A stretch of 64,000 bases of DNA from Hyaloraphidium curvatum SAG 235-1. Its lineage: Eukaryota; Fungi; Monoblepharomycota. The notes beneath the pieces are model-generated. The model saw only the letters and a program-made list of their open reading frames with translations, was not told the DNA's origin and ran no database searches. Where the stretch lies: NCBI GenBank assembly GCA_025558095.1, contig JAIVFI010000005.1:248001-312000 (forward strand), in the 5' to 3' direction. Shown here piece after piece: positions 45,901-60,339 of this stretch (the first letter of the stretch is position 1; every line of letters begins with the position of its first letter). The translations under genes and the position numbers were made by a program.

Positions 45901-48900
45901 GCGCGGGTTGACCCCTCAGGAGTTTTTCTTCCACGCGATGGGCGGTCGCGAGGGTCTCATCGACACGGCCGTCAAGACGGCCGAGACCGGCTACATCCAA
46001 CGGCGTCTCGTCAAGGCGCTCGAGGACGTAATGGTCAAGTACGACGGGACCGTGCGCAACTCCCTCGGCCACGTGATCCAGTTCGCGTACGGGGAGGACG
46101 GGATGGACGCCGTGGGGGTCGAGCGCCAGGACCTCGAGATCCTCCGCATGAGCGACATCAGCTTCAAGCGCCGCTACGAGTTCAACCTCCAGGGCAGGGA
46201 CAGGCAGCTGTTGCAGCGTATCCTGCGCCCCGACGCCAGGGCCTTGCTGGATTGGGCCGAGACCCAGGAGGCGGTGGACGGCGAATTTGAGCAGCTCGAG
46301 AATGACCGCAAGGTTCTGCGCAAGGACATTTTCCCCAGTGGCGAGAGCAGCTGGCCCTTGCCGGGCAATCTGCGCCGCTTGATCGACAACGCTCGCATCC
46401 AGTTCGGGCTGTCGGATCGTGCAAAGACGGACCTGCTTCCGACCAAGATCGTGCAGGACGTGCGCGCGCTGCTCGCCGAGTGCGTCGTGGTGCCCGGGAC
46501 GGACGGCCTCAGCCGGCAGGCGCAGGCGAACGCGACCCTGCTCTGGCAGATCCTGGTCCGCAGCACTCTGGCGTCCAAGCGCGTGCTGAGCGAGTACCGG
46601 CTCACTTCGGAGGCCTTCGAGTTCGTCGTCGGCGAGATCAAGACGAAGTTCATGTGGGCCAAGGTCCAGGGCGGCGAGATGGTCGGCACGATCGCGGCAC
46701 AGTCAATCGGCGAGCCGGCGACGCAGATGACGCTCAACACCTTCCACTACGCCGGTGTCTCGTCCAAGAACGTGACCCTCGGTGTCCCGCGGCTCAAGGA
46801 GATCATCAACGTCGCCACCGCGATCAAGACGCCGTCGCTCACTATCTACCTGGACGAGAAGCACAGGAAAGAGCTGAGCACGGCCAAGGTCATCCAGAGC
46901 AAGCTCGAGTACACGACGCTGCGCAAGATCGCGCAGGCCACCGAGATCTACTACGACCCGGATCCGCGCAACACGGTCGTGGAGGAGGATCGGGAGTTCC
47001 TGGACTCGTACTGGGAGATGGAGGAGGACGAGAATCTGACGAACAACCTGAGCCCTTGGCTGCTCCGCATCATCCTCGACCGGAACCGCAAGCTCGACAA
47101 GCAGATCAGCTTGAACGAGATCGCATCGGCCATCGCCGGCGCGTTCGGCGGCGAGAACATCGCGGTCTTCCATTCGGACGACAACGCAACAAAGCCCGTG
47201 CTGCACGTCCGGATCCGGAAGGACGTCAAGGAGCAGATCGATGAGGAGGAAAAGGTGGACGAGGAGCTCATCCTCCGCAAGATCGAGAGCAACATCATGA
47301 ACCAGCTCAAGCTCGGCGGTATCGAGGGCATCACGCGCGTGTACATCAACGACGCCAAGGTCTCCAAGATCGGGGACAACGGCGACTACATCCAGGACAA
47401 GGAGTTCATCCTCGAGACGGACGGCATCAACCTCAAGGAGGTCATGGCGGCCGAGGGCGTGGACTACAGCCGCACGTACTCCAACAACCCCGTGGAGATC
47501 ATGCAGGTCCTGGGCGTCGAGGCTGCGCGGAACGCCCTGCTCCGGGAGCTGCGCAAGGTCATCGAGTTTGACGGCTCGTACGTCAACTACCGCCACCTCG
47601 CGCTGCTGTGCGACGTCATGACGCACAAGGGCACCATGATGGCCATCACGCGGCACGGCATCAACCGCGCCGAGACCGGTGCCCTCGCGCGGTGCTCGTT
47701 CGAGGAGACGGTGGAGATCCTCGTGGATGCGGCTTCGGTCGGGGAGAACGACCCCATGAAGGGCGTCAGCGAGGCCATCATCATGGGCCAGCTCGCGCCC
47801 CTGGGCACGGGCGAGTTCGACCTGCTGCTCGACGAGACCAAGCTCAGCAAGGCGCGGCCGATGGCGGCTCCCGGCGGCATGTACGGCATGGAGATGGACA
47901 CCTTTGGCGCCCGAACTCCGGCGTACAACGAGGGCGGGATGTCGCCTTCGCAGATGCGGTACAAGCAGTACTCGCCCGTGCACCGGCAGGACGTGCAGAA
48001 CCAGGAGATCATCTTCTCCCCGATCGGTGCGGACGGCAGGTGGACGCCGGGCAGGACGGGTTGGTCGCCGGCCGGTCCCCTCGGGACCCCGAGGTACTCG
48101 GTAAGTCGATATTTTGGGCTTCCCGCACCGTGTGTGCTGATCCGATTGCCGCGCAGCCGACTTCGCCGAGCTATTCTCCGGCCCGGGGAGGGTACAGCCC
48201 CGCCAGCCCGTCGTACAGCCCGACGAGCCCGTCCTACAGCCCCACGAGCCCGTCGTACAGCCCGACAAGCCCGTCCTACAGCCCTACCAGCCCGTGAGTC
48301 ACGGTTGCGCGGTCGTGTGGCTGCGACCGGTTGACACGTTCCTCTCTTTCAGCTCCTACAGCCCTGCGAGCCCTTCCTACAGTCCGACGTCGCCGTCGTA
48401 CGAGCAGATCACCTCTCCGCGGTACTCGTGAGCATCTCCCGCGCCGAGTGTTCCTTCGCACCTGACCTGTTCGCGCGCAGTCCGACGTCTCCGCAGTTCT
48501 CCCCCGGCAGCCCTGCCGGACGGCGCCCGGGCTACAGCCCCACCTCCCCCTCCTACAGCCCGACGTCTCCGCAGTTCAGCCCGCACTCCCCCGCCGGGCG
48601 CAACATGGCGTCCTCGCCCGCCTACTCGCCCACCTCGCCGCAGCTCTCGCCGTACAGCCCCAAGGCGTACAGCCCCGCGAGCCCGGCCTACTCTGCCAAC
48701 TATTCGCCGCAGAGCCCGCGCCCGCTGGGCACGTCGCCCGCGGGGCGCGTGCTGGCGACGTCGCCGCGCATCGCGTATGCGCCCGTCAGCCCCGCGGCGC
48801 CCTCGCCGGCATACTCGCCGACCTCGCCGGCCTACCAGCCGGCGTCTCCCGCGAACCCGTGAGTTGCTTGCCGGCGCCCGCCGGCTGTTCGGAACGTCTG

Positions 48901-48958
48901 ACGCGGGCCCCGCAGATCCACCAACGGACAGCAGAAAACCACCGACGCACGGCGCTGA
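42992..48958 (+). CDS. RPB1: RNA polymerase II largest subunit
   Basis: [56 protein letters not shown] heptads; many introns including a 16-nt first coding exon. Confidence 0.98.
48095..48858 (+). repeat. RPB1 CTD heptad repeats, degenerate and intron-interrupted
   Basis: About 7 perfect YSPTSPS plus variants across several exons. Confidence 0.9.
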
Positions 48959-49261
48959 GGATCTTGCATTCCGAGCCGGATTTAGCAATTCGTTGAAAAA
49001 ATGTACTAGATTGTCGGCAATCCGAGGGTGCGATGCGATCGCCTTTGAGTCAGGCACAGGATTTGAAAACGCCGATGACGCGAGGTGCTCGCCGCCACAC
49101 CGCTGTCAGGCACCTCAGTCACAGGTGCTACCAAGGAAGGCTTCGGCCTCCGCCGCGTTCATAAAGCCTTTCGCAGCTTCGCTGCTCGTGAGGACCGGCG
49201 CCTTTCTGCGCCAGTCGGAGCGCACCCGCTTCCCGGACACTTCGCCGCGCTTACCCCCGCG

Positions 49262-49528
49262 ATGCTCGCCGACGCCTCCGCTTCGGCCCCCGCTTCGGCG
49301 CCCGCGGCGCCCGCGGTGCTCAAGCTCGACCCGTCGATCCCGCCGGCGGACCCTGCGATGAACATCGGCCCCGACGGCAAGTACCTCGTCAAGCCGTGCT
49401 GCGCGTGCCCGGCGACCAAGACCGCGCGGGACGACTGCGTGCTGCGGTTCGGGCAGGACGACGTGCGGTGCGCGGACCTCATCGAGCAGCACCGCAAGTG
49501 CATGAGCGGGTTCGGGTTCAAGGTGTGA
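49262..49528 (+). CDS. COX17: Cytochrome c oxidase copper chaperone
   Basis: KPCCACPATK..RDDC..C.DLIEQHRKCM..FGF. Confidence 0.95.
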   Translation: MLADASASAPASAPAAPAVLKLDPSIPPADPAMNIGPDGKYLVKPCCACPATKTARDDCVLRFGQDDVRCADLIEQHRKCMSGFGFKV

Positions 49529-49759
49529 TTGGGCGGCGGACGGGGAGGGGAGGGGGCAGGGGGAAGACGGATCGGGCGGCGGGGCGCGGATGCCGGCCGG
49601 GGCGGGGTTTCTGGAGATCTGCGGACGCTGTATTCCGATGGCGGAAGAGACTTAAGGAAGCACATCATTCGGGGGTCGGCCCCAGGGGTTGAGCATGGCC
49701 GATGCCGACGATTTGGAGCGACCTCTCCTGTGAAACGACACTCCAGAACCACTCCCGAA

Positions 49760-52097
49760 ATGCCCCTCCACCTGCAGTTGTCCCCGCCGGCGCCGGCCGT
49801 GCCGCGGGGTGCCGCCGAGGCGGAGGTGCCGCGGCGGCTGAGCGACCTGCCCGTCGACGTGCTCGTCGCGGTCGCGGCATTCCTCGAGCCGGCGGCGCTC
49901 TCGCGGCTGCGGCGCGCCGCGCGGCTGTTCGACGGCGTCGCGCGCAAGTTCGCCGCCGCGATCTTCCGCGCGATGCTCCGCCGCGACTTCCGATGGCGCG
50001 CAGACCGCGGCGGCGACCCGCGCGAGGCGTACCGCGTGGCAGACAACCTGCGAAGGGGGCGGGCGCGCGCACGGCTGCTGACAGACAGCGACGCCTTCGT
50101 CGAGGGCGGGCCCGCACGGGAGGCGGCGGGCACGCTGGATGCCGCGGCCATGCTGGAGGAGCCGGCGGGCCCGGCAGACGACCCCGAGAACGTGGACGCC
50201 CCGGGGGACCCGTCGCTCAAGCGCGGCGGCACATCGTCCGGCGAGAGCTCGCGCAGCAGCTCGCCCGACAGGACACGCAAGCGCCGCCGCAGGGTGTCGC
50301 GGCTGGAGCTCGGCGACAAGCTGGTGGAGGCGCCCGGCACGGACGCTCCCGCACGGCACCCCGTGCGCCGCATCTGGCACAAGCGGCAGTCCTTCATGGC
50401 CTGGCCCGCCGATCCTTCGGGTGCGTTGCATGCCGCGATTCCGCTGTGCGTTCGCGTCGCTCATCGCTCTTTCCGCAGACGCCTATCTGCTGGTCTTGGA
50501 AAACGACTTCCTCTTCCTCCTCGACTCCAACCGCCCCATGGGCATCTGCGTCTACGATCTGCACGAGGACACGCTGCGCGAGCCGGCGCAGGAGGGCGGC
50601 CGCTCGCACCGCGTGCTGCGCACCGTCGCCGTCCTGCCCAACCCCCCGCCTGTGCCGGCCGAGAATCCGGGCATGGGGCCCGACAACAACCCCTCCGTGT
50701 TTGGACTCATCCTCGGCAACGGCAAGGGCTCGCTGGTTGCCTTTGACGAGGGCTCGCAGATCTCCATCTGGGATTCTTTCCGCCGGCCGGAACCAGAGTT
50801 CCGCCTGCGCCTTTTGATTGCGGCCGGGACGATTCTGGGCCCCACCATATTCTCTATGAACGTGTGGGACGACTTTGTCGTGACCGCAGGACGTTTCGGA
50901 CAGGTCGTCGTTTTTGACATGCGCACCGGCGATGCCGTGTACGCTTTCGATGTGCCGCGCCCGTATCGACCCTTGGAGCCGGCGCCGCCCGCCGCCGAAG
51001 TGCCCATTCCCCCGCCAGCACCCGCTGCCCTGGTCGTCGCGGATGCGGCCGAGGCCGAGGAGGATGCCGCGGACGAACCCGAGGACCTGGACAACCTCGC
51101 CGACATCGGCCCCGCCCCGGCCGACGCCCCTGTGCAGGCCGAGCCCCCCGTACCCCACGTCAATGCCGTGAACCTCATGAACGTCGCCATGTCCGGGGAC
51201 CAAATCGCCGTTGCGGTGCACGACGGCACGTGGTGGGTGTGGAAGCTGCCCGAGGCGCAGGCCGACGCGGGCGAGGGCACCGGGGAGCCCGCGAGGGGAT
51301 CGCTGCATTCGATCGTGCGCAGGGGGCAGACGCGCAACTACCCCGTCATCTCGGACGCGTTCGACGACGGGCGGGCGCATTTCCCGCCCGGGCTGCCGGT
51401 GCTGCGCTCGTGGCTGCCGGAAGAACCGTCCGAAGCGGATCAGTCGCGGGAGCCGGTGGCCAACGACGAAGTGGTGGAGCAGCTCGCGGACCACGGCGTC
51501 GCGATTCTGCCCCCGCACGCGCAGGGTTTTGCCCCCGAGACGCTGGCCATGACGTCGCACGTGCTGATCACCAACGGGCCGGACAAGCACAGCATCGGCC
51601 TGTGGGACCTGTCGCCCGTGGCCGACTCGCAGGAGGCCGAAAGGGCGCGGCGGAGCCCAGGCGCGAAACCAAGGGTGCGGTGCTCCAAGCTCTCGGTGCT
51701 CGACCTCTTCCGCGAGCAGTGCGAGCCCGGCGCCGCGGCAAACTATTCGCCCGACCTGCGGTTCGCCGAGATCTCGACGCTCTGCCCGGGAAGGCCGACG
51801 GTGGTGGCCAGCGTCCGCGGGCGCCGGCTGGCGCGCGAGCAGGGCGAGGAGGGCGCGGACCACGCGCTCGCGGTGTGGGATTTCGGGGAGGAGGTGCTCT
51901 CGGAGCGGCCCGACGCGGACCGGTTCGCTAGCAAGTGGGAAAAGGTGGGCCTGCTCCCCGAGCAGGAGGCGGGGACGGGGACGGCAACGCCGAGATCTTC
52001 TGGGCCTGGGTCGGGTTCGCGTGCGAGGCCGAGGACAGGGACGGCTAGGTGCGCGGGAGACGCAGATGTGTACAGATTGCCCGCAGCTCTACAATAA
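49760..52097 (+). CDS. F-box protein with WD40-like propeller (3' end uncertain: 52048 or 52097)
   Basis: LSDLPVDVLVAVAAFLEPAALSRL; ISIWD, VVVFD, IGLWD, LAVWD strands; intron ~50421-50478. Confidence 0.75.
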
Positions 52098-54575
52098 TCA
52101 CTCCTTCTTTTGGCCCTCCGCCGTGCCGTGCGCCGAGACCAGCTTCTCGAGGATGGAGTTTAGTCGCTTCGTCATGCTGCGCGGGTCGTCCAGGAGACCT
52201 GGAGGAGTGGCACGTCAGGCACTCCGATCTCGGCCGATTAGGAGAACAAGCGAGACCCACCAGCAGCGATCAGCGCGTTGTCCATTATCTGCTCCGCCAG
52301 CATCTTTGCCAGCGGCTCGTCCGTCTTCCTGAGCGAGTTGATCCCCAGGATCACGGGGCTCAGCGTGTTGATCTCGAGCTTCTGCGGCGGCAGCGGCAGC
52401 TGGCTCAGCGGCGACCCCGGCGCCATCGCCATCATCCTCCGCATGACCGCCGAGGTCGGGTCGACGATCAGCGCCGGGATCGACGCGGCGCGCGAGGTGG
52501 GGACGACCTCGGAGATGAGGTCGCCGAGGGCGCCGTCGAACCAGTCGCAGAGCTCCTTCTTCTCCTCCTTGGACAGCTCGGCGGCCGAGGCGTCCTTGGC
52601 GGCCTCCTCCTCCGCGGCGGCCTTGACGAGCTCCTGCGCCTCGCGGCTCTCGACGCTGACGATCTTCTTGCCGTCGTACTCGCTGAGGTTGGTCCAGACG
52701 AACTCGTCCACAGTTTCGTACGAGAAGATGATCTGCCGAGGCAAACGATCAGCACAATGGACAAGGCATCGCGCCAGCGACCACGCACCTCGTAGCCCTT
52801 CTTGATGAGGGGCTCGCAGTACGGCGACTCCAGCGCGATCTGGCGCGAGGGGCTCAGGACGTAGAAGATCATCTTCTGGTCGGGCTGCATCCGCGAGACG
52901 TAGTCCTTGAGCGAGCACGGCTTGCCCGCTTCCGTGAGGCTGGTCTCGTAGCGGAGGAGCTTCGCGATGTCCTTGCGGTGGGCCGCGTCGACGCAGACGC
53001 CCTCCTTGATGAAGAGCCCAAAGTCGCGCCAGAAGTCGAGGTACTTGTCCGCGTCGCGCCGGGACTCCTCGTCGAGCCACTTGCAGATGCGCGTGGTGAC
53101 GACGTCCCTGAGCTTGTTGATCAGCATCGAGTCCTGCATGTGCTCCCTGGAGATGTTCAGGGGCTGAAGAGACAAAGATGAGTAACGCCAAACCAGGACA
53201 ACGATCTCCGCTGAACCCACAATGTCCTCCGAGTCGACGACGCCCTTCACAAAGCGACACCACTCCGGAAGCAGCTTCTTCGACTTGGCCTGGATGAGCA
53301 CCTTCCGCGAGTACAGGTTCACGCCGGGCTCCATCCGCCCCATCCCAAAGATCTCCGTGTGCCGCTCCGGCACGTACAGCAGCGCCCTGATGTTGAGCGG
53401 CGAGTCCGTGCGGTACTGGAGCCGGTACTGCGGTTCATCGTAGGCGTGGGCGACGAAGCGGTAGAACTCCTTGTGCTGTTCGTCCGTGATCTCCGACGGG
53501 GACTTTGTCCAGAGAGCGCCCACGGTGTTGACGACGCTGCCGTTGACGTGGATGGGGAACGAGATGAAGCTGGAGTACTTCTTGATGATGTTCTCGACGT
53601 CGAACTTGTCGGCAAACTTGCGCGAATCGTCCTTGAGGTGCAGGACGATCTTCGTCCCAACGGACACTGGGTGGCGGCGGTCATTGGCTTGCGAGCCCTC
53701 CAAATGTACGCAAGACCTCACCTCCTTCCGCCTCAGCAACATCGTAGGAGCCAGAACCATCGGTGGACCAGCAGTATCCCTTTGATCCCTTCCTGGCCGA
53801 CCTGGTGTAGACCTTGATCTTGTCTGCGACCATCAGCGCCGAGTAAAAGCTGTCGCCTCATCAGGAACGACCGGGCCGCTCAGAGCACATGTCCTCACCC
53901 AACACCGAATTGACCGATTAGGTTGTCCTTGGCCGTCTTGGAAGTGTCCTTGGACGTCTCCAGACTCTCCACAAAAGCCTTCGTGCCGGAGCGAGCGATG
54001 GTCCCCAGGTTCTCGTTGACTTCTTCCAGCGTCATGCCGACGCCACTGTCCTGTATGATGAAGATCCCGTTCGGTTTGTCCACGGAGATGTTGATCTCGA
54101 GCTTCTGGTGCTCGACGCCATAGTCCAGGGCCGATGGGTCCGAGAGGATGAGGTACCGCAGCTTTTCGCAAGCATCCGAGGCGTTGGACGCCAGCTCCCT
54201 GACGAAAACCTCGCGATCGGTATAGAGCGAGTGGGCCACAATGTCCAGAAGGCGTTTCGTCTCCGCCTTGAACGAGTGGTGTTCGATCGGGCCCGTCACG
54301 CGTTCCGTTTCCGACAGGATCTTCTCCTCCTGGGGTTTGGTCTGCTCCTCGGACACCGGCTCGAACTCTGCTTCCTGTTTCGCAGCCTCATCGGCCGTGG
54401 AATAGGCACGCCGGGACAGAGTCGACGAACGGTTCTTCCACAGGCTTCCGTGGTCCCCAGCGCTGTTCCGCGCCAGCGACGCCGTGTTCAACGCCCGGGA
54501 AGGGGAAGAGGGGCGACATAATGATGCTGCCCTCGCGGCGGCGACCGGGAGGGACAGAATACGGCGCGAAGCCAT
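52098..54575 (-). CDS. TRAP1: Mitochondrial HSP90 (TRAP1/HSP75)
   Basis: Presequence; [55 protein letters not shown]. Confidence 0.93.
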
Positions 54576-54660
54576 TTCCGGAGTCGCGCCAAGCTTCTGT
54601 TTGCCCAAAGGTAAGGCGTCGATCGCGTCGCTCTGTTTACTCAAGGCGGGGTTCCCGAGG

Positions 54661-56565
<1,905 letters not shown>

Positions 56566-56644
56566 AAAGAAAGGAGAGGAAGGGAAGAGGACTCGGGGAA
56601 TGACAAATCGGTGATTCACGCAAACACAAACGCGTCGTCGGAAG

Positions 56645-59600
56645 ATGGATCCGGAAACGGACCTCGGCGATGATACTCTCGCACTGCGAGACGCGATATC
56701 CGAAGCGTCGAGCAATGATCTGGCGTTGGAACGCGTTACAAAGCTCTTCGAGAGAATCCTCTCGGACGGAATCGGTTGGGGTGCCGGAGGGAGACCCGCG
56801 ACGCGTTTCTTATACACGGATCGACCCAACGAGCAGACGAACGGACTCTTTCTTTTGTTTTCAGCGCTGTGGACATAGCACGAGATCGAATCGTGGGACC
56901 GTTCAAGTCGCGACGAGCGGATGGAGGCCTGGGCTTTGGCAGCGAAGCCACCCTTGCTGTTCACTCGCAGGCACAAGAGCCGGTTGAGGAAAAGAACAGC
57001 GCTTCCGACCGACTGTGCCGCCTTCTGGCGGACATCTCCCACCTGTTAGAAACCGGAGTCGATGCCTGGATAGGTGCCGCCAGAGGCGTCGCGGAGACCA
57101 CCGACAATCTCCTGGGCAGTGTCATGCAACAAAGCTACAATCTAGACGCGGGTTCGCTGACAGTCGCTTGCGCGGCTGTCGTGCAACTTCATGATCGCTG
57201 TCCCTCAGGTTGTGCAATCGCGCGTCTGCTTGTCGATGCCGGCAAAGCAAACGCTTCTGCTGCCATGCGGAGCTCGATTCCCATGGCAGCCTCCGTGATG
57301 GCGATTACCGATCTCCAGAAAGCGATCGAGCGGTCTCTAGTCCTCGCTTTGGATCTACTGATCCCGTGGCTCTTGGTAGGCGATCTTGTGGCGCCGATCG
57401 AGACGAGTCTTACATCAAATGTCAAGCAGACTTCGGGGGCCGACCTAGCAATACCTGCTATGCTGCAGCTGCTTACCGAAACTTTCAAGATCCCGCGCGT
57501 ACTGGACGCCGAGGCCTCGCCTGTTACTGTTTTCGCTCGCATTCTTGTCGCGAGCTCGTTCGTGGAAAACTGCGTCTCGGATGACGCTGCGGTGGACCTT
57601 GCAGAGAGAGCCAGCTTCTTGCGTGCATGTCTTCATCGTTTGCTGGACAGTGGTGCTGTCGAGCTGGTCCAAGATACCGAGATCGAGGCACTTCTTCGTG
57701 AGTTGCGGGAGCCTTTTGTTTCGCCGCGCTTTCTGACTGCTCCTCACAAACGATCAGGAGAACCGAATGGCAGCCGAACTCCGATCAGTGAATCATCTCC
57801 GCCACCCACAACGACGGCCCTGGCGTGGACTTTCATTCGCAGCTTCCTTGACGATCACGAGTTTGTGTCCTCGCCATTCACGCCAAAGCGCGTGCAAGCC
57901 ATCATCGACTCTATACTGGAAATGGGCATTGAAGAGTATTCTGCCGAAGCCCTTCAGACCAGGGCCAAGGCAGGCGACGTAGTTCGGGCGCAGCTTTCGA
58001 TAACGCAGTGGATTCTGTGGCTTCAAGTGGTGGGAGCGCCTCCATACTTCGCAATGACACGCACGCGTTGACATGCTTTCCGCAGCGACACAACAGGGCG
58101 ACGACACCGTCTGGTAAGCAAGCAATGCGCGTGCATATTCAAGCTCAAGACATGCCGTCCAGGCATGTCGCCTCGGGTGCTCTTCGTTGTCGCATGGATG
58201 GCCCGGCTGATTGAGTCCTTGGAAGCTGGGTCGAAAGCCAACGACAGCAGCCCGATCCTGGAGCCGTCGTTTGCCAGAGCTGTGGTGCCGTGGGCCTGGA
58301 CCGTCGGGCAGGGCTCTTGGAGCCTCTACAATTCTATCCTGATCCTCACGAGGGCTTGGGCATCCTCGACGATCGTGCTCAATGCGCCGCCCAGGCAAGA
58401 AGATCTCTGTGCGCCCTTCGTCAGCGGCGGTTTGCCCTGGCTCATCGTGAGTTCGGCCCTTGGTGATCTTTCGCCGGCGTGACTCACGAAATCACCAAGG
58501 ACTTGCTGGATGCCGAATGTCCTGGAAACACAGCGTTGACTGACAGAATCTGCCTCGTTCTGCGGGACGGGCTACCGGTGTCAAACGGCGCGGCCTTCGC
58601 GAACAGTTCGGCAAGGACGTTGCTATTGAGAGCCTTCAGCGCTCTTAGCAGCTGGGTATGCGACGGCCTTGTGACGCTCGATCGTGGGTGAACTCCTGGG
58701 CTATGCACCCTGTGCTATCTAAGAGCCAAACCTAGGCTTCGGATTGCTCAACGAGGTCCTCTCGGCGATCAAGACGGTCCTGCCGACATCGATGACCTTG
58801 ACAGTGCCCGAGAGATTGAGTCTCGGTGAGTGTGTTTGCTGGCGGCGTGAATGAGTTGCATAACCCGTGGAGCGCCCAATCAGCGATCATGAGCTTCAGC
58901 AAGCATCTCCGAGCCGTCGAGGCCAGCATGCGCAAGAGCATGGTCAGCTTGGACCTGCAAGAACGGACGCGCTTTGAAGCCGTGGTCGCGGAGCTGATTG
59001 ATCGCTGCAACTTTCTCGCTCTGCAAGAAGTGGCCCTGGACGGCGTCGTGTTCGAGACCGTGTTCCGTTTTTCGGTGTCGGAAGAGTCCGACCCGAGTGG
59101 CACGGATGATTTCTCGAAGCGGCGACGTCGTGTGATCCTCGCGACTCGGGAGGCTTGCGCTGCCGTCCTGCTGGCCTCGATCGGGTGGTTTACCCGGGCA
59201 TCTGCAAGCGGGCATGGTGCGAACTACCGCTATCCAGTGAATCGCTACCTGCCTGAGCTATTCAGGCAAGCCATCCTGGCCGGCTCGGCTGCCGGTATCT
59301 GCCGAGCTGCTACAGCCATGATCGCCACCGGCGATCTGAGGGACACGCAGCGCGACGCGGAGCAGCAAAACTCGATTCCGGTTGACTCTGTTCCCCCGGA
59401 GACACGGCAGGCAAAGGTTCAGGCTGAAGAGAACAAGCTCTGGCGCCAGGCGTGGTTCAGGCTATGCTCTGCGCTCGCACCGGTGGGTGGCTTCATCGTG
59501 CCCGTGCGAATGCCAACTGACGGGCCAAACGGTTTTGCAGACGGCCCGTACATATCCAGCGTTTGCCGCCAGAACCGTCCGGCTGATGGTGCGGGCCGTC

Positions 59601-60087
59601 GAGTACCTGCAAGTGAGGGGGTGCAAACGGTTTGGTGGGTCACCGGTGCTCGACCAATGAAGGTGCTGGGGCAACTGAGTCTGCTCGCCCCTCAGCATTC
59701 TCGCTCGTGAATGCGCCGTACCTGCGCTTCGTGGCGCGGCTCGGACTGGGCGCCGTGCGCGAACATCTCGCGATGAAGGCGGCGGTGATAAGGTTGGCAT
59801 CCGGCGTGGACGGTCCATCCGCCGGGATGCCGGACGACCTGGAGGTCGGACGGACGCTGCAGTGCTTCATTCCCCTCCTCAGGGACGTGCTGCTCGCCGA
59901 AGGGCTGAAGCCGACGTGGATAGAAGAGGAGATCGCGGGGGTGTGGGCCGGGGAGGGCGTCGGGGACGTGATCGCGCGCATCCGGGCCTTCCTTGAGGAA
60001 TCAGGCGGGGCATGCGCCGGGCTGCCATGTGCGGCGGAGGAGGCGGCGGATCAGGGATATCCGTTGTGCTCGTTGGCAGCGGAATAG
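56645..60087 (+). CDS. Large alpha-helical (ARM/HEAT-like) protein, unassigned
   Basis: Chain of same-strand Leu-rich ORFs separated by GT-AG introns; no diagnostic motif. Confidence 0.6.
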
Positions 60088-60339
60088 TTGGATCCACGGC
60101 GTGTCTGCCGCTCCCGTACAGCAGGATCATCGAGCATATCTCCGGGAACGTTCAATCAAGAGGCAGAATGTATGGTGTCCGAGCACTCGTGTAGTCACGA
60201 TGAAGTGCTAGAAGATCCTCGAACTTTCCGGGTAAATCTTCAACGGCGCCCGCGGCAACTTGCGAGCCGGTCAACATTCCGCCACATCAACGTCGCCCGT
60301 CGCCCTTCGGAACCTTCCCCCCAACCCGAAGACTTCGAA

